Position numbers and translations under genes: made by a program. Shown here piece after piece: positions 17,802-27,442 of a DNA stretch of 64,000 nucleotides. Every line of letters starts with the position of its first letter. Positions within the stretch are counted from its first letter, which is position 1. The notes beneath the pieces were generated by a model, which saw only the letters and a program-made list of their open reading frames with translations, was not told the DNA's origin and ran no database searches. The stretch is from a virus, in IMG/VR virus record IMGVR_UViG_3300025318_000007, positions 1-64,000 of that record; one strand, written 5' to 3'.

Positions 17802-18330
17802 GATTAATTACGCCATACGACAATGCTGCTCTTGCTGGTAAGAATAAACTAGTTTTAGGAGCGGATATATCCTCGCGTATGGGAGAAGTAACCCGATACT
17901 CCACAAGAAGCTTCTTCATCTCATCACTATCAATTGCATCAGCTTCGATATTTTCACGCATCGTATTGATGGTGACATCATCTCCCAGTTCAACTGTAGT
18001 TGGATGAAATAGAAAGGTGGCATCCTCTAAAGCATAGCGCCTATCTGGAGATGCAAGAAGTGGATAAATACCAGCTGAATATACCTTGCCAAAAGCAACT
18101 GTGGTAAGTCTAACATCAAACCCCTTCAGAAGATTCATTAATGAAATAGCTGCATCCCGGTCTCCACCCTGCGAACTGACCATAACGAGCAAATCACTTA
18201 CGCGGCCCTGCGCCGATCCGACAAAGTCTTCAAAGACTCGATCAAGCATCTCCCATTTGATCTCTCCGGCCAACATAATAGAGAAGCAGCCCGAGAAGGG
18301 CAAACCTGAAGGCGCTGGTTTTTCATTCAT
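17764..18330 (-). CDS. ClpP-like serine peptidase (S14 family)
   Basis: VSSQGGDRDAAISLMNLLKGFDVRLTTVAFGKVYSAGIY...FLFHPT matches ClpP core with Ser and His positions. Confidence 0.65.
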   Translation of the reverse strand: MNEKPAPSGLPFSGCFSIMLAGEIKWEMLDRVFEDFVGSAQGRVSDLLVMVSSQGGDRDAAISLMNLLKGFDVRLTTVAFGKVYSAGIYPLLASPDRRYALEDATFLFHPTTVELGDDVTINTMRENIEADAIDSDEMKKLLVEYRVTSPIREDISAPKTSLFLPARAALSYGVINHVIKKFSQITFD

Positions 18331-19715
18331 TAGAGCACCTTTGTAGGTTTAGGAAGTTTCTTTTTGGGTTCAACGAGTTCGATGCCCGGCATCTTGAAAT
18401 CAACGCCAGATGTGTACACTTTGCGGTCAAAGTAAGGATAGGCTTGAGGGACAAATCTTCGAATGGTTCCGTCGGGAGCTAATGACATTCGAACGATCCA
18501 TGCACCGAGTTGAGCTTCGATGTGAAGTTTTCTCATGAAAGTTGTTTGATCTTCCATGCAACCAACTAACATAGTGTGGACGTTTCGAATATTCCAATAC
18601 CCCATCTTGTGATAATGACCTGAGAGGTATACGTGAGGTTTCTCTCCACCCTGCAGCGACTCAACTATCTTCTGTAGGGTGTAGCTGAGAGCGTATGCTG
18701 TTCCGCCACCCGGGTGAGCTAACCTCACGCACGTACCCCCTTCTCGAGTTTTAAATTGAACATCTGCCTCGAGAAAACCCAGATAACGCCAGTCATTACG
18801 GCCAGCGTGCTCCATATCATCTTGAATCTTCTGTCCGATGTTTAAACCAACGCTATGTGCGATCCAGCCTTCGTGATCATCACCTGTAATAAAATAAGTA
18901 GTCACGCCTTCAATCTGCGGGACGTGCTTGATGAAGTATTGGATTTGTCCATCAACACCGTGGGCGAGGAGTTCGTGACGATTGAAATGGATCTCACCAT
19001 CAATCATGTTTCCACAATTGAAAACGATTTCGATTCCTTCTTTTTTGAAGATCTCATACTGAAGTTGGATTAACTCGTGTCTCGAATGAACGTTCCCATA
19101 ATGCAGATCACTGATAACTCCGAAGGCGACTTCACGATTGCTACCAAAGTATTTTTCCACATTGATAACTTCGTGACCTCCTCTCGCTGGATCTGGCGTG
19201 AGGGTGATCTCTTCTCCCTCATTCAGGAGTTGAATGTTATAATGATCACCGCGAAGTTTAGCAACAAGTTTTTGAACTGTGGAAGGTGAACGATCTAAAT
19301 ACTCAGCAGCTTGTAGAACTGAGCGCGGTCCCTTGCGAAGATACGATACGAGCTTCTGTTCGTCTGTCGAACCACGCTCAGCAAGATTCTTTGGACCACG
19401 AAAGACTAGCTGTAACCGAGCAGCACGAATTAAAATAGCATCTCGACTTCTATTTGGAAGTAAATTACGAGCAGTGATTCCTACGCTTCCGAGATTCTCG
19501 TAATGCTGTTTTAGAACTTGATCTTCTTCAGATCTCCAAGAAGCAAATTGTGTTGAACTTGTATCGCCTTTAAACTCAAGTTTAAGTAAACCTGCTTTTC
19601 TTAGAACCGCTCCAACGGTGCGCTTTGGAAATCGCTCAGCTGCATACTTACCTTCTATGGGATAGTACTTCTTGAGCGCTTCCAACTCTTTTTTTGTCCA
19701 ACTCGTTGTTTTCAT
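18330..19715 (-). CDS. DNA-binding (2x Myb/SANT-like + HTH) calcineurin-like metallophosphoesterase
   Basis: WTKKELEALKKYY and WRSEEDQVLKQHYENLG Myb-like repeats; phosphoesterase motifs VISDLHYGN, CGNMIDGE, GDDHEGW, SGHYHKMG. Confidence 0.7.
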   Translation of the reverse strand: MKTTSWTKKELEALKKYYPIEGKYAAERFPKRTVGAVLRKAGLLKLEFKGDTSSTQFASWRSEEDQVLKQHYENLGSVGITARNLLPNRSRDAILIRAARLQLVFRGPKNLAERGSTDEQKLVSYLRKGPRSVLQAAEYLDRSPSTVQKLVAKLRGDHYNIQLLNEGEEITLTPDPARGGHEVINVEKYFGSNREVAFGVISDLHYGNVHSRHELIQLQYEIFKKEGIEIVFNCGNMIDGEIHFNRHELLAHGVDGQIQYFIKHVPQIEGVTTYFITGDDHEGWIAHSVGLNIGQKIQDDMEHAGRNDWRYLGFLEADVQFKTREGGTCVRLAHPGGGTAYALSYTLQKIVESLQGGEKPHVYLSGHYHKMGYWNIRNVHTMLVGCMEDQTTFMRKLHIEAQLGAWIVRMSLAPDGTIRRFVPQAYPYFDRKVYTSGVDFKMPGIELVEPKKKLPKPTKVL

Positions 19716-19749
19716 TTAACGACATTTTATACACAACAGCCTGTGACTT

Positions 19750-20340
19750 CTATAACCGAATTCGATGCTTAGTCCACCCACGAATGAAAGTACGAAGAAG
19801 GTTCAATCTTGGTTTAACCATCTCAATAAACTCTCGCATGTTTCCAGATCCGATTAGAAAATGCACAAACTGAAGACAGTTCAAAAGCTTTACTAAAAAA
19901 TCTCGATCGTGATATTCGTTTAAAGCTTTTGCGGTAACTGGCCCTATCTTAGCATCAAGCTTTAAATGATAACCCGACAACACGCATGCACCCTGAGCTA
20001 TCAACTGAGTAGCATGAATTCCCTGGGGTCCGCCACCCTGGTCAAAAAGTTCAGCTACTACATCAATATTGTTAATAAGATCAAGGTTCATCGGATTCCA
20101 GTAGTTCCAGTAGTACAATTCATCCACTAACCCCTGCAAAAGAGCATCCTGCTCAAGAATTTCAGGAAACTGAGGATGATCTTTAAGACGATCTATTCTA
20201 ATCCAACCAGACCAACCTTCATTATACCTGCGGGCGATGCCCTTATAGGTTTCTGCTCCGGGGTCGTTCGGATGGTTTACCCAACCACCTTCGGTCTGTT
20301 TATGTTTACCAATTATCTTTTGAAAAGTTTCTGAATACAT
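19750..20340 (-). CDS. endolysin: GH108 lysozyme domain + PG_binding_3 domain
   Basis: EGGWVNHPNDPGAETYKGI (GH108 catalytic region) and LDAKIGPVTAKAL (peptidoglycan-binding). Confidence 0.8.
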   Translation of the reverse strand: MYSETFQKIIGKHKQTEGGWVNHPNDPGAETYKGIARRYNEGWSGWIRIDRLKDHPQFPEILEQDALLQGLVDELYYWNYWNPMNLDLINNIDVVAELFDQGGGPQGIHATQLIAQGACVLSGYHLKLDAKIGPVTAKALNEYHDRDFLVKLLNCLQFVHFLIGSGNMREFIEMVKPRLNLLRTFIRGWTKHRIRL

Positions 20341-20698
20341 TGGCGTTCCACGCTTTCTTTACGAGATATCGAACTACAAGCCACCGCCACCATGACATCG
20401 GAGAGAAGATTCCAAATATTGAATTTATTTGGATGTACCAGCGGAGTCGCTTGTCTGCTTCAACTTTCGTGATTGGTTTGCCCAAAGTATCCCGATGTGT
20501 ACGATATGCAATATCATGTTCAAGGCATCCATCGCGGTAAAAATCAATTACCCCGGTGCAGCCGTCTGACTGAAGAGCAGCTGCTTTTTCGCGAACAAGC
20601 TTTCTATATGACGGAAACTGCCACAATGCTTTGTATTTCTTTTTTGTCACACATATCAACCCCTTAACTTGTTGGAAATATCCTTTGTGGCGGTGCAA
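20306..20698 (-). CDS. hypothetical protein with C-terminal TM and C..HD..Y motif (phospholipase A2-like?)
   Basis: DGCTGVIDFYRDGCLEHDIAY; C-terminal IFGIFSPMSWWRWLVV. Confidence 0.35.
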   Translation of the reverse strand: MHRHKGYFQQVKGLICVTKKKYKALWQFPSYRKLVREKAAALQSDGCTGVIDFYRDGCLEHDIAYRTHRDTLGKPITKVEADKRLRWYIQINSIFGIFSPMSWWRWLVVRYLVKKAWNANVFRNFSKDNW

Positions 20699-21422
20699 CT
20701 GGGAACGTCCGTAAATTGGATACCACCGGAAATTGCCTACCTGGGCTTAGAGGTTCTGGTGGAGCGGCTGCTCCCTTAATCGCGAGAGTATGAATAATAA
20801 ACTGCCCACTTGGTCCCGTAAACGTTCCTGGATCTTCCGACACAGCAGTAACTATCTTAGCAGCCGATCCAGCCTGAACATTATCTCCGTTTGACGAAAT
20901 AGTATTTGAATACCCTTCCGGGAAACCACTAATTACAGCAGCTCCCGACCGAACACAAACAATCGCTAAGATGCACGACTCTATTTCATCTCCCCACGAA
21001 GGAGAAATACTAGGAGGGTCATAAGTAGTAGCGGGTCCTCCCGTAGTTGCTGCAGAAACTTCAGGGGCTGTGTTTTCGACATCATGGTCCGCTATCAAAT
21101 AACTTCCATGTGCAGTTTGATGACCGCCCGACGAAGTTACAGTAATAGATGGAGTACCGCTACCGAACCACGATTCTTCTCCAGTAATGACATGGTAGCG
21201 TCCATTAAACCGCATTGGAGCTACACCGTCATTGAGGTAAGAATCAAAAATAACTTCCCATCCCGATGGCCACGTAAAATTAGCCGGATCAGTCATGGGC
21301 ACGCCAACAAGATAAGCTACAACTACTTGACCTATTTCATGATCGACAGGGATTTCGATTACGTGGTTTGCAGTCCCAACCTGCTGCGCGGATTGTTCAG
21401 TTGCAACAACATTGATAGCCAC
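20664..21422 (-). CDS. putative tail fibre-associated protein
   Basis: position next to large fibre-like gene; no motif recognised. Confidence 0.4.
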   Translation of the reverse strand: MAINVVATEQSAQQVGTANHVIEIPVDHEIGQVVVAYLVGVPMTDPANFTWPSGWEVIFDSYLNDGVAPMRFNGRYHVITGEESWFGSGTPSITVTSSGGHQTAHGSYLIADHDVENTAPEVSAATTGGPATTYDPPSISPSWGDEIESCILAIVCVRSGAAVISGFPEGYSNTISSNGDNVQAGSAAKIVTAVSEDPGTFTGPSGQFIIHTLAIKGAAAPPEPLSPGRQFPVVSNLRTFPVAPPQRIFPTS

Positions 21423-23168
21423 TTATGCAAGCCTTTCCAAATCAAATAAGAAATTGAAAGCCTGAGTAACCCCAACAACGTTTTGAATATAAACGTGGAG
21501 CTCTTTGGTGTTGTCAAGATCTTCATGGAACCACATTACATTATCTGTGTAAGGATCAGTAATTTCGCCAGCTTGGTACTCGAGAGTCGAGAAAGAATCA
21601 TCACTGTAAATCGAAAATGTAGCTCCAGCTACACTACCCGAGTTAACAACCAACTTACGAACAATAGCTCTATTTACAAAGTCAGTGAAATCAACTTGCA
21701 AAGTCAATCCAGGACCAACAGATGCAGTGGTCAGCGAAGCCATCATCCGCAATGTATTAGCAGCAAGACCAACTCGAGCACGATCATCAATCCAACTCTC
21801 AATATAATCTGTTCCAGTCTTAACTCTGAACAGTGGAATGTGATCAGGCAAATACTGATTACTCACAGCCTTGACCTGCTCATAAAGAGGATCAACCTGA
21901 ATGTGATTTGTAACCCCTGCGGTCAATCCGAGATAACCAATAAACTCATGCTGCGAAGGGAGGAAAATCGTTTCGTTGAACTTCTTGAACTTGCCTTGAA
22001 AGTAAGTCCAAGATAGACCAGCCATCAAGTTCCACATCGGGGTGAAGTCGTCGTACGCGTCTAATCCCAATGCAACATACGGCCAGGTCGAACATCCACC
22101 AGTTATAACAGAGGTGGCGTCGAACCAACCCATCCAAATACGATCAATGTCGGGTTCGTTTCTATCATTACTGGTTGCAAAATCACCTTCTGCGGTCAAG
22201 TAAACGAAAGTGCGAGTGTTCGCAACAGCGGAGACAGTAGAAGGTCGTTGTTTGTATATACGATTGTTATAAACAAGAGCATTACCGCCACCCACGTAAC
22301 CAACAAGAGTATTCGTAGCTCCTGGAAAAAACTGAAAGGGTCGCGTTTCGACATGGATACGAAAAGTATCACCAGTCGCAAGCCTGTTCCCACCGCCACC
22401 ATCGAGCCAAGCAATCCTAACACCTTCATCATCGCCCCCTGAAGTAAAAACTGTTGTAAAACCGTTTGTTGCGGTTGCTAAGGTATTGTAGTACGAACTA
22501 CCATCATCATCAGACGATCTGTATGTAGCAGCCCCTGGGGTACCGCCAGCAACAATATTGATGAGATAATTCTTATTCTCGATCCCACTATACGCACCAC
22601 CCGACGCTGGAGTAAATGTGTAAGTACCCCCAAGAATTGTAGGGTAAGCTGGAAAGATTTGATTAAATTGCTCCTGAACAACACCGTTACCGAACGCTCT
22701 ATTAAAGAAATAAGGAAGCGGAAAAGAACTTCCACCATGGCCAGCAATCATTTGAACAGTCTGACCAGTCTGGGAAATAGCACTTACAGGAATCCTCAAT
22801 TTAAAGAAGAGATGTCGCCCGCAGTTATTCGGGATATCTCCAATGAGCAAATCCTCAGTATCAGTGAGGGGACGAAAGACAGACTGCTGATCATCAAAGA
22901 AATTAGCAATTGTGTCAGGATTAGTAATACCAGATGCTCTAGCTAATACCCAACCTTCACGAATCAGTCTCTCGGCCTTTGTGCTCAGATAATCAAGAGC
23001 AGAAACGCGAACACCAGTCGCGGTATCAACAGAAACAGCCCCACTTCGATTATTCCAGAGAATAACTTCAGAAACATCAGACTCAGATCCGGCCTCAATT
23101 GCACCAAATCCAAGACCACTGACTGTAACTCCTGCGGTCGTGTAAAATTGCAAGTTTGGTTGAGCCAT
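21423..23168 (-). CDS. putative tail fibre / receptor-binding protein
   Basis: 581 aa, Gly/Thr/Ser-rich, distal end of tail module. Confidence 0.5.
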   Translation of the reverse strand: MAQPNLQFYTTAGVTVSGLGFGAIEAGSESDVSEVILWNNRSGAVSVDTATGVRVSALDYLSTKAERLIREGWVLARASGITNPDTIANFFDDQQSVFRPLTDTEDLLIGDIPNNCGRHLFFKLRIPVSAISQTGQTVQMIAGHGGSSFPLPYFFNRAFGNGVVQEQFNQIFPAYPTILGGTYTFTPASGGAYSGIENKNYLINIVAGGTPGAATYRSSDDDGSSYYNTLATATNGFTTVFTSGGDDEGVRIAWLDGGGGNRLATGDTFRIHVETRPFQFFPGATNTLVGYVGGGNALVYNNRIYKQRPSTVSAVANTRTFVYLTAEGDFATSNDRNEPDIDRIWMGWFDATSVITGGCSTWPYVALGLDAYDDFTPMWNLMAGLSWTYFQGKFKKFNETIFLPSQHEFIGYLGLTAGVTNHIQVDPLYEQVKAVSNQYLPDHIPLFRVKTGTDYIESWIDDRARVGLAANTLRMMASLTTASVGPGLTLQVDFTDFVNRAIVRKLVVNSGSVAGATFSIYSDDSFSTLEYQAGEITDPYTDNVMWFHEDLDNTKELHVYIQNVVGVTQAFNFLFDLERLA

Positions 23169-23188
23169 CGTTTCTGCCTCTCGCTAGA

Positions 23189-23689
23189 TTATACAGTAAT
23201 AAACTTCTCTTTTAACGTCTCTAGTAATTGACGTTCTTTTTCTGTAAACGGTCTTCCCGTCTTTGCCTTAAAAATGAGCTTCATGCCTCGCAGCCATCCA
23301 ATTGACTTTATTGCGTACAAAATCATCTTGCTCATTTTACAACTCGAACATGGCGGTATTCCCAATACCCCTGCACAGAGTTCAATAAAATCAGCTATAT
23401 TCATTCCAAAATGCCGAGCCATATTACCAATTTCATCGGCCCCCTTCATTAGACGACCATCTTGTACCTCAGGAATCAAAATGGAAACATATTCCACTGA
23501 ATCGGGAGTTTCCCCCGCTGGCAATTTAAACCAAACGCCGGGCTCAACAGTGCCTATAATTTCGCCATCCCTCTTTCTTTTTATACCAGTCAATCGCATA
23601 GCTATTCTGCCGGGGCAACAATTACAGTAATGGTGATAACGGCGTCTCCAAGAGTTGCAGTAAGAATAGAATCCCGAGCCAATCCGCAA
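23189..23689 (-). CDS. tail/baseplate-associated hypothetical protein
   Basis: likely true start MRLTGIKRK about 23599 abutting upstream stop. Confidence 0.45.
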   Translation of the reverse strand: MRIGSGFYSYCNSWRRRYHHYCNCCPGRIAMRLTGIKRKRDGEIIGTVEPGVWFKLPAGETPDSVEYVSILIPEVQDGRLMKGADEIGNMARHFGMNIADFIELCAGVLGIPPCSSCKMSKMILYAIKSIGWLRGMKLIFKAKTGRPFTEKERQLLETLKEKFITV

Positions 23690-24645
23690 GGATTACAGCC
23701 ATCATCTTTCATCGATTGAGTCCTAGCATCGCAAAGAGTACCTTCTGGATCGCAAGGTCTGTCAAGAAAACAAGTACCACCAGTACCAAACTCTGGATCA
23801 TTTGTTTCTAATTCAGTATCTTCCGTCTGAGAACCGCCGCAAGCTGGAGTACCACCGTCACCACAGAACGAGCATGTATCTGGATCATACTTATTGCTAT
23901 TGGCAACATTTTTTGAGCAAGTAACTTCAGCTTCGTCATCGCAGCCGTATGAAACAACGTCCATCGCATTAAAACCACCGTTACAAATATGATACTTACC
24001 TACCCGATAAGCAACACCAGCTACGAGAGGATTATTTGTTGGAAACTTTAAACGAGCAATCTGTCCAAATTGACCCGAAGTCTCTACCGTGCCTCCTGGA
24101 AAATTCCATGACCACTGCACCTGGACAGTACCTGTACAAAAAACTTGAACAGGAGCATCGAAGACCTGATCATCCTCTAGATTAGCACAATCAACAACAA
24201 TTTCACTATTACTCGTTCCCCCAGTTACAACTCGAGGCGGACATGCCGGTTGAGAAGTAGGAGAACCAACCCCACCCGACACGGGTCCAGTATAAGTTGC
24301 AGGGGAAGTATTAGTTGGCAAACTCACAACCGGAGTATTAATAGTCGGAGCAACATGATCTCCAGCTCCTAGAATAATCGGATGTTCTCGCTGTTCAGAA
24401 ACATACCCAACAAGAACAGAATCACCGGGAGAAAAAGTTCGAAGGTCAGTCGGCAACAACGACTTTATTCTACGAAGAGCTCTATTAGTATTACTGACTT
24501 GCTGTCCGGTTGGTCCAATTGCAGTAACAACAATATCGTATGTTTGGGTAGCAGCATCGTACGAGACAATGGTAGCTCGCTCTGACCACTGCCGGTAGTT
24601 AGATTGCCGATTGGTGTTCTCTCTATATGTATTAATGATGCCCAT
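23602..24645 (-). CDS. tail/baseplate protein with Cys-rich C-terminal domain
   Basis: about 20 Cys in last 110 aa. Confidence 0.5.
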   Translation of the reverse strand: MGIINTYRENTNRQSNYRQWSERATIVSYDAATQTYDIVVTAIGPTGQQVSNTNRALRRIKSLLPTDLRTFSPGDSVLVGYVSEQREHPIILGAGDHVAPTINTPVVSLPTNTSPATYTGPVSGGVGSPTSQPACPPRVVTGGTSNSEIVVDCANLEDDQVFDAPVQVFCTGTVQVQWSWNFPGGTVETSGQFGQIARLKFPTNNPLVAGVAYRVGKYHICNGGFNAMDVVSYGCDDEAEVTCSKNVANSNKYDPDTCSFCGDGGTPACGGSQTEDTELETNDPEFGTGGTCFLDRPCDPEGTLCDARTQSMKDDGCNPCGLARDSILTATLGDAVITITVIVAPAE

Positions 24646-25695
24646 TTATTCTAACTGCCTCAAATCTAAAACTTCGTCGTGATCGCTTTCCCCAAGTGCA
24701 CTGCGAAAGGTGTATTCAGCTGCTCTGATTTGTACCTGAGTTACAGCAGCCAGCTGTTGTCCGGAAGATTGATCCCCTATCCTGATACCATGCGAAACAT
24801 TTTTAACAATACCCAATATATCAATATTCTTTCTGGCATTACGAACTCGAATAGTATGTCCTCGACGGATGGCTGGATTAAATGGAACCGTGAACTCGGG
24901 ACTTACAACCATCTGTGCCTGCCAGAGAATGTATTCGCCAACACGGACAGCCTGTTTCTGAGTTTCAATGAAGTCTGACTGTTCTTCTTTACCCGGACGA
25001 TACCCATACAATTCGCGACAAACTGAATCCTGTACAACCGCCGATACCTGCTCATCGACGTCTGACTGAGTGTTATCGTTGAGCACATAAGCAGTAACTT
25101 CGTAAGTCAGCTCATATGGATACCAAACAAGAACTGGTTGAAGAAACAACGGTACCTGTCCCCGCCATCCGGGTCTAACAACAGTGCTGATATAGTGAAT
25201 ACTACCGTCAGTCGGGTAACGATACAAATTTCTATTACGAGTTACTTGAGTCAATTGATCTTCCGCAGACGAACCACCACTCACAAAGAGAGAATTACTA
25301 GCATAGGTACCGAGCGGAATACTGCCAATCAAACGCTGTACCTCAGATGTTCCAAACAACACAACAGCTTCAGCAAGTCCGATAAAAGTCCACTGTTGAA
25401 AGAAAAAGTTTGTAACCTTCATCAATTGAAGACCTGGAAGTATCTGTGGCCCTTCCCCCTGTACTGGCGTAGTTGGTCCCAATGAACTCAAATTGTAGGG
25501 TGTTATTTCGGGTTTGGTAAGAGAGAGCACTTTACCCTGAACTGAACCAAGAACTGTCCTCTCAGGCAAAGCAATGTCAATATATTGAATGGGATTAGCT
25601 CTACCCAATTCATTAACATCCAAATACCAAGTGATTGGCGCATCACTTGCGGATGCAGTAGCAGTGCCTACAGATGTACGTTCAATTAATGGCAT
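24646..25695 (-). CDS. tail/baseplate protein
   Basis: module position. Confidence 0.5.
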   Translation of the reverse strand: MPLIERTSVGTATASASDAPITWYLDVNELGRANPIQYIDIALPERTVLGSVQGKVLSLTKPEITPYNLSSLGPTTPVQGEGPQILPGLQLMKVTNFFFQQWTFIGLAEAVVLFGTSEVQRLIGSIPLGTYASNSLFVSGGSSAEDQLTQVTRNRNLYRYPTDGSIHYISTVVRPGWRGQVPLFLQPVLVWYPYELTYEVTAYVLNDNTQSDVDEQVSAVVQDSVCRELYGYRPGKEEQSDFIETQKQAVRVGEYILWQAQMVVSPEFTVPFNPAIRRGHTIRVRNARKNIDILGIVKNVSHGIRIGDQSSGQQLAAVTQVQIRAAEYTFRSALGESDHDEVLDLRQLE

Positions 25696-26882
25696 TAAAA
25701 TTGTCCCGAACTAAAATTATTACCCAATCTCTTAAGAATACCAGCCACTCTAATTTCATTAATGACTGAGTCAATGTCTTTTGTTATCTTTAAACTGCCC
25801 TCAAGGATTATACTTTCATCCATAGTAAAATCCGCGTCGGTCGCAGTCTTAAGTATCTCTCGACGTACAACAAGATCACCCGCCTCACTATACTCCACCT
25901 TCCAAGTCTGCGGGACGACAATCTTTCGAATCAGATCGAGAGGTAGTTCATTGTTGGCTGTAATGTTAACTCCAACGATTTCATCTTCAGAATGACCTTC
26001 ACGCTCTATTCGAACCGTATCGATGCCAGCCAACTCCGCGATAAGACGAATTACTTGTCCCTTCGTGATTTGTGGAATGTTAAACTGCGAAAGTGGAATC
26101 AAATACCGAATGTTATAGTTTGTTCCAGACACTATCAAACCACTGCCAAAAAACGAAATGGTTCTTCGGTCAGGTTCAATTAAAAAATCGCCCGACTCAA
26201 TAAAGTTAGAGCTGAGACCCGTGTCCGACTCAGCCCATATGCCCAATATCGGAGTTGGCTGGTCAACGTCAATATTTTGCGATACAGTCAATTGATTATT
26301 GACAGTACAAGTTTTCTTTTCAGTAATGACCGGATCGACCCCCAAAATTTCTCGATTGAGCCTAGAAGTATCATGAGAAACATCTCTCGACATATCCTGA
26401 CAACTAATGTCAGCCACATCGGTATCGGGATTGTAATCGTACTGTACAATTCTTCCTTTAAATAACCGAACCGTTACCAACTCGTTAGTTGAAGGATCAG
26501 TGAGCGAAGCATATAGATCAAACAAACCTTCAACGTCAACCAGTGCACTTTCTGCAAACGGGTTCTGACTAATCAATCTAAAATTACAGCTACCTCCGCT
26601 TTCATCCGGCCAATCAACTTGAACATTTTGAATAAGATATCTACTTATATCGACGTCATTAATGTAAGCAGTCAATCGAATATATTGAGTTTGGCGGGTG
26701 CTAAGTGTTAAAAAAAGACGACTTACACTAAACCCTATTTGTATTAAAGCCTCTTGCCCATCTTCAACGCTAAACGAACTTCGCATATTTGGAAAACTAG
26801 TATCAACTGCAAAGTAATAGTTAAAGCGGTGGGCTCCATTCACCACAGGCTCAACTGCATAAGGTTGATCACTCGCAATCAT
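25695..26882 (-). CDS. tail/baseplate protein
   Basis: module position. Confidence 0.5.
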   Translation of the reverse strand: MIASDQPYAVEPVVNGAHRFNYYFAVDTSFPNMRSSFSVEDGQEALIQIGFSVSRLFLTLSTRQTQYIRLTAYINDVDISRYLIQNVQVDWPDESGGSCNFRLISQNPFAESALVDVEGLFDLYASLTDPSTNELVTVRLFKGRIVQYDYNPDTDVADISCQDMSRDVSHDTSRLNREILGVDPVITEKKTCTVNNQLTVSQNIDVDQPTPILGIWAESDTGLSSNFIESGDFLIEPDRRTISFFGSGLIVSGTNYNIRYLIPLSQFNIPQITKGQVIRLIAELAGIDTVRIEREGHSEDEIVGVNITANNELPLDLIRKIVVPQTWKVEYSEAGDLVVRREILKTATDADFTMDESIILEGSLKITKDIDSVINEIRVAGILKRLGNNFSSGQF

Positions 26883-27442
26883 TAAGCTTCCTCAAACAAC
26901 AAGTCCCAAGTTTCTTCATCACGGACCCAGTCATAATCTGAAGGCAGATCCACAATCTGTCCTTCAATTATCGGGTAGTAACGAACAACTACTTGATCAT
27001 CGAGAGATGGAGTTGCTCCAGTAAACAATACATGTCCCTGAGTTGCCCCAGCTGGATTTGAAATCGATACGCCAGCAATGACAGTATCTTCAGGACTTTC
27101 AACTACCGCAGCTGCCGCATCGTCATCAATCCTAATTCTGCGGGATGTGAGGAAGAGTCTAGTAGTACCTGGAGCAGTAATGACCTCTTTACGATTAACG
27201 ATCGAATACAAATCAATAAAAGTATCCTGCTGATACTCTTCACGTAGATCTTCAAAAAGATCTTGCGAAAGACCCCTAATGCGAATACTGTACTTCTCGT
27301 AGTTCTTCTGACTGTAGAGCGTGCCGTCCTGAGACCGCTGAAACGATAAAGCCTTTTTAGCACTTGCTGTAAATGCGCTAGCAGGTAGTCTCCGAGTAAC
27401 CGTTATTTCAGTACCCCCAATGATCAGCGTTGGAATACTCAT
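26882..27442 (-). CDS. tail protein immediately downstream of tape measure (distal tail protein candidate)
   Basis: module position. Confidence 0.5.
   Translation of the reverse strand: MSIPTLIIGGTEITVTRRLPASAFTASAKKALSFQRSQDGTLYSQKNYEKYSIRIRGLSQDLFEDLREEYQQDTFIDLYSIVNRKEVITAPGTTRLFLTSRRIRIDDDAAAAVVESPEDTVIAGVSISNPAGATQGHVLFTGATPSLDDQVVVRYYPIIEGQIVDLPSDYDWVRDEETWDLLFEEA

Noticed and set aside
21483-22016. 177-aa plus-strand ORF
   Set aside because: It is antisense inside the 581-aa tail fibre gene and has low-complexity composition.
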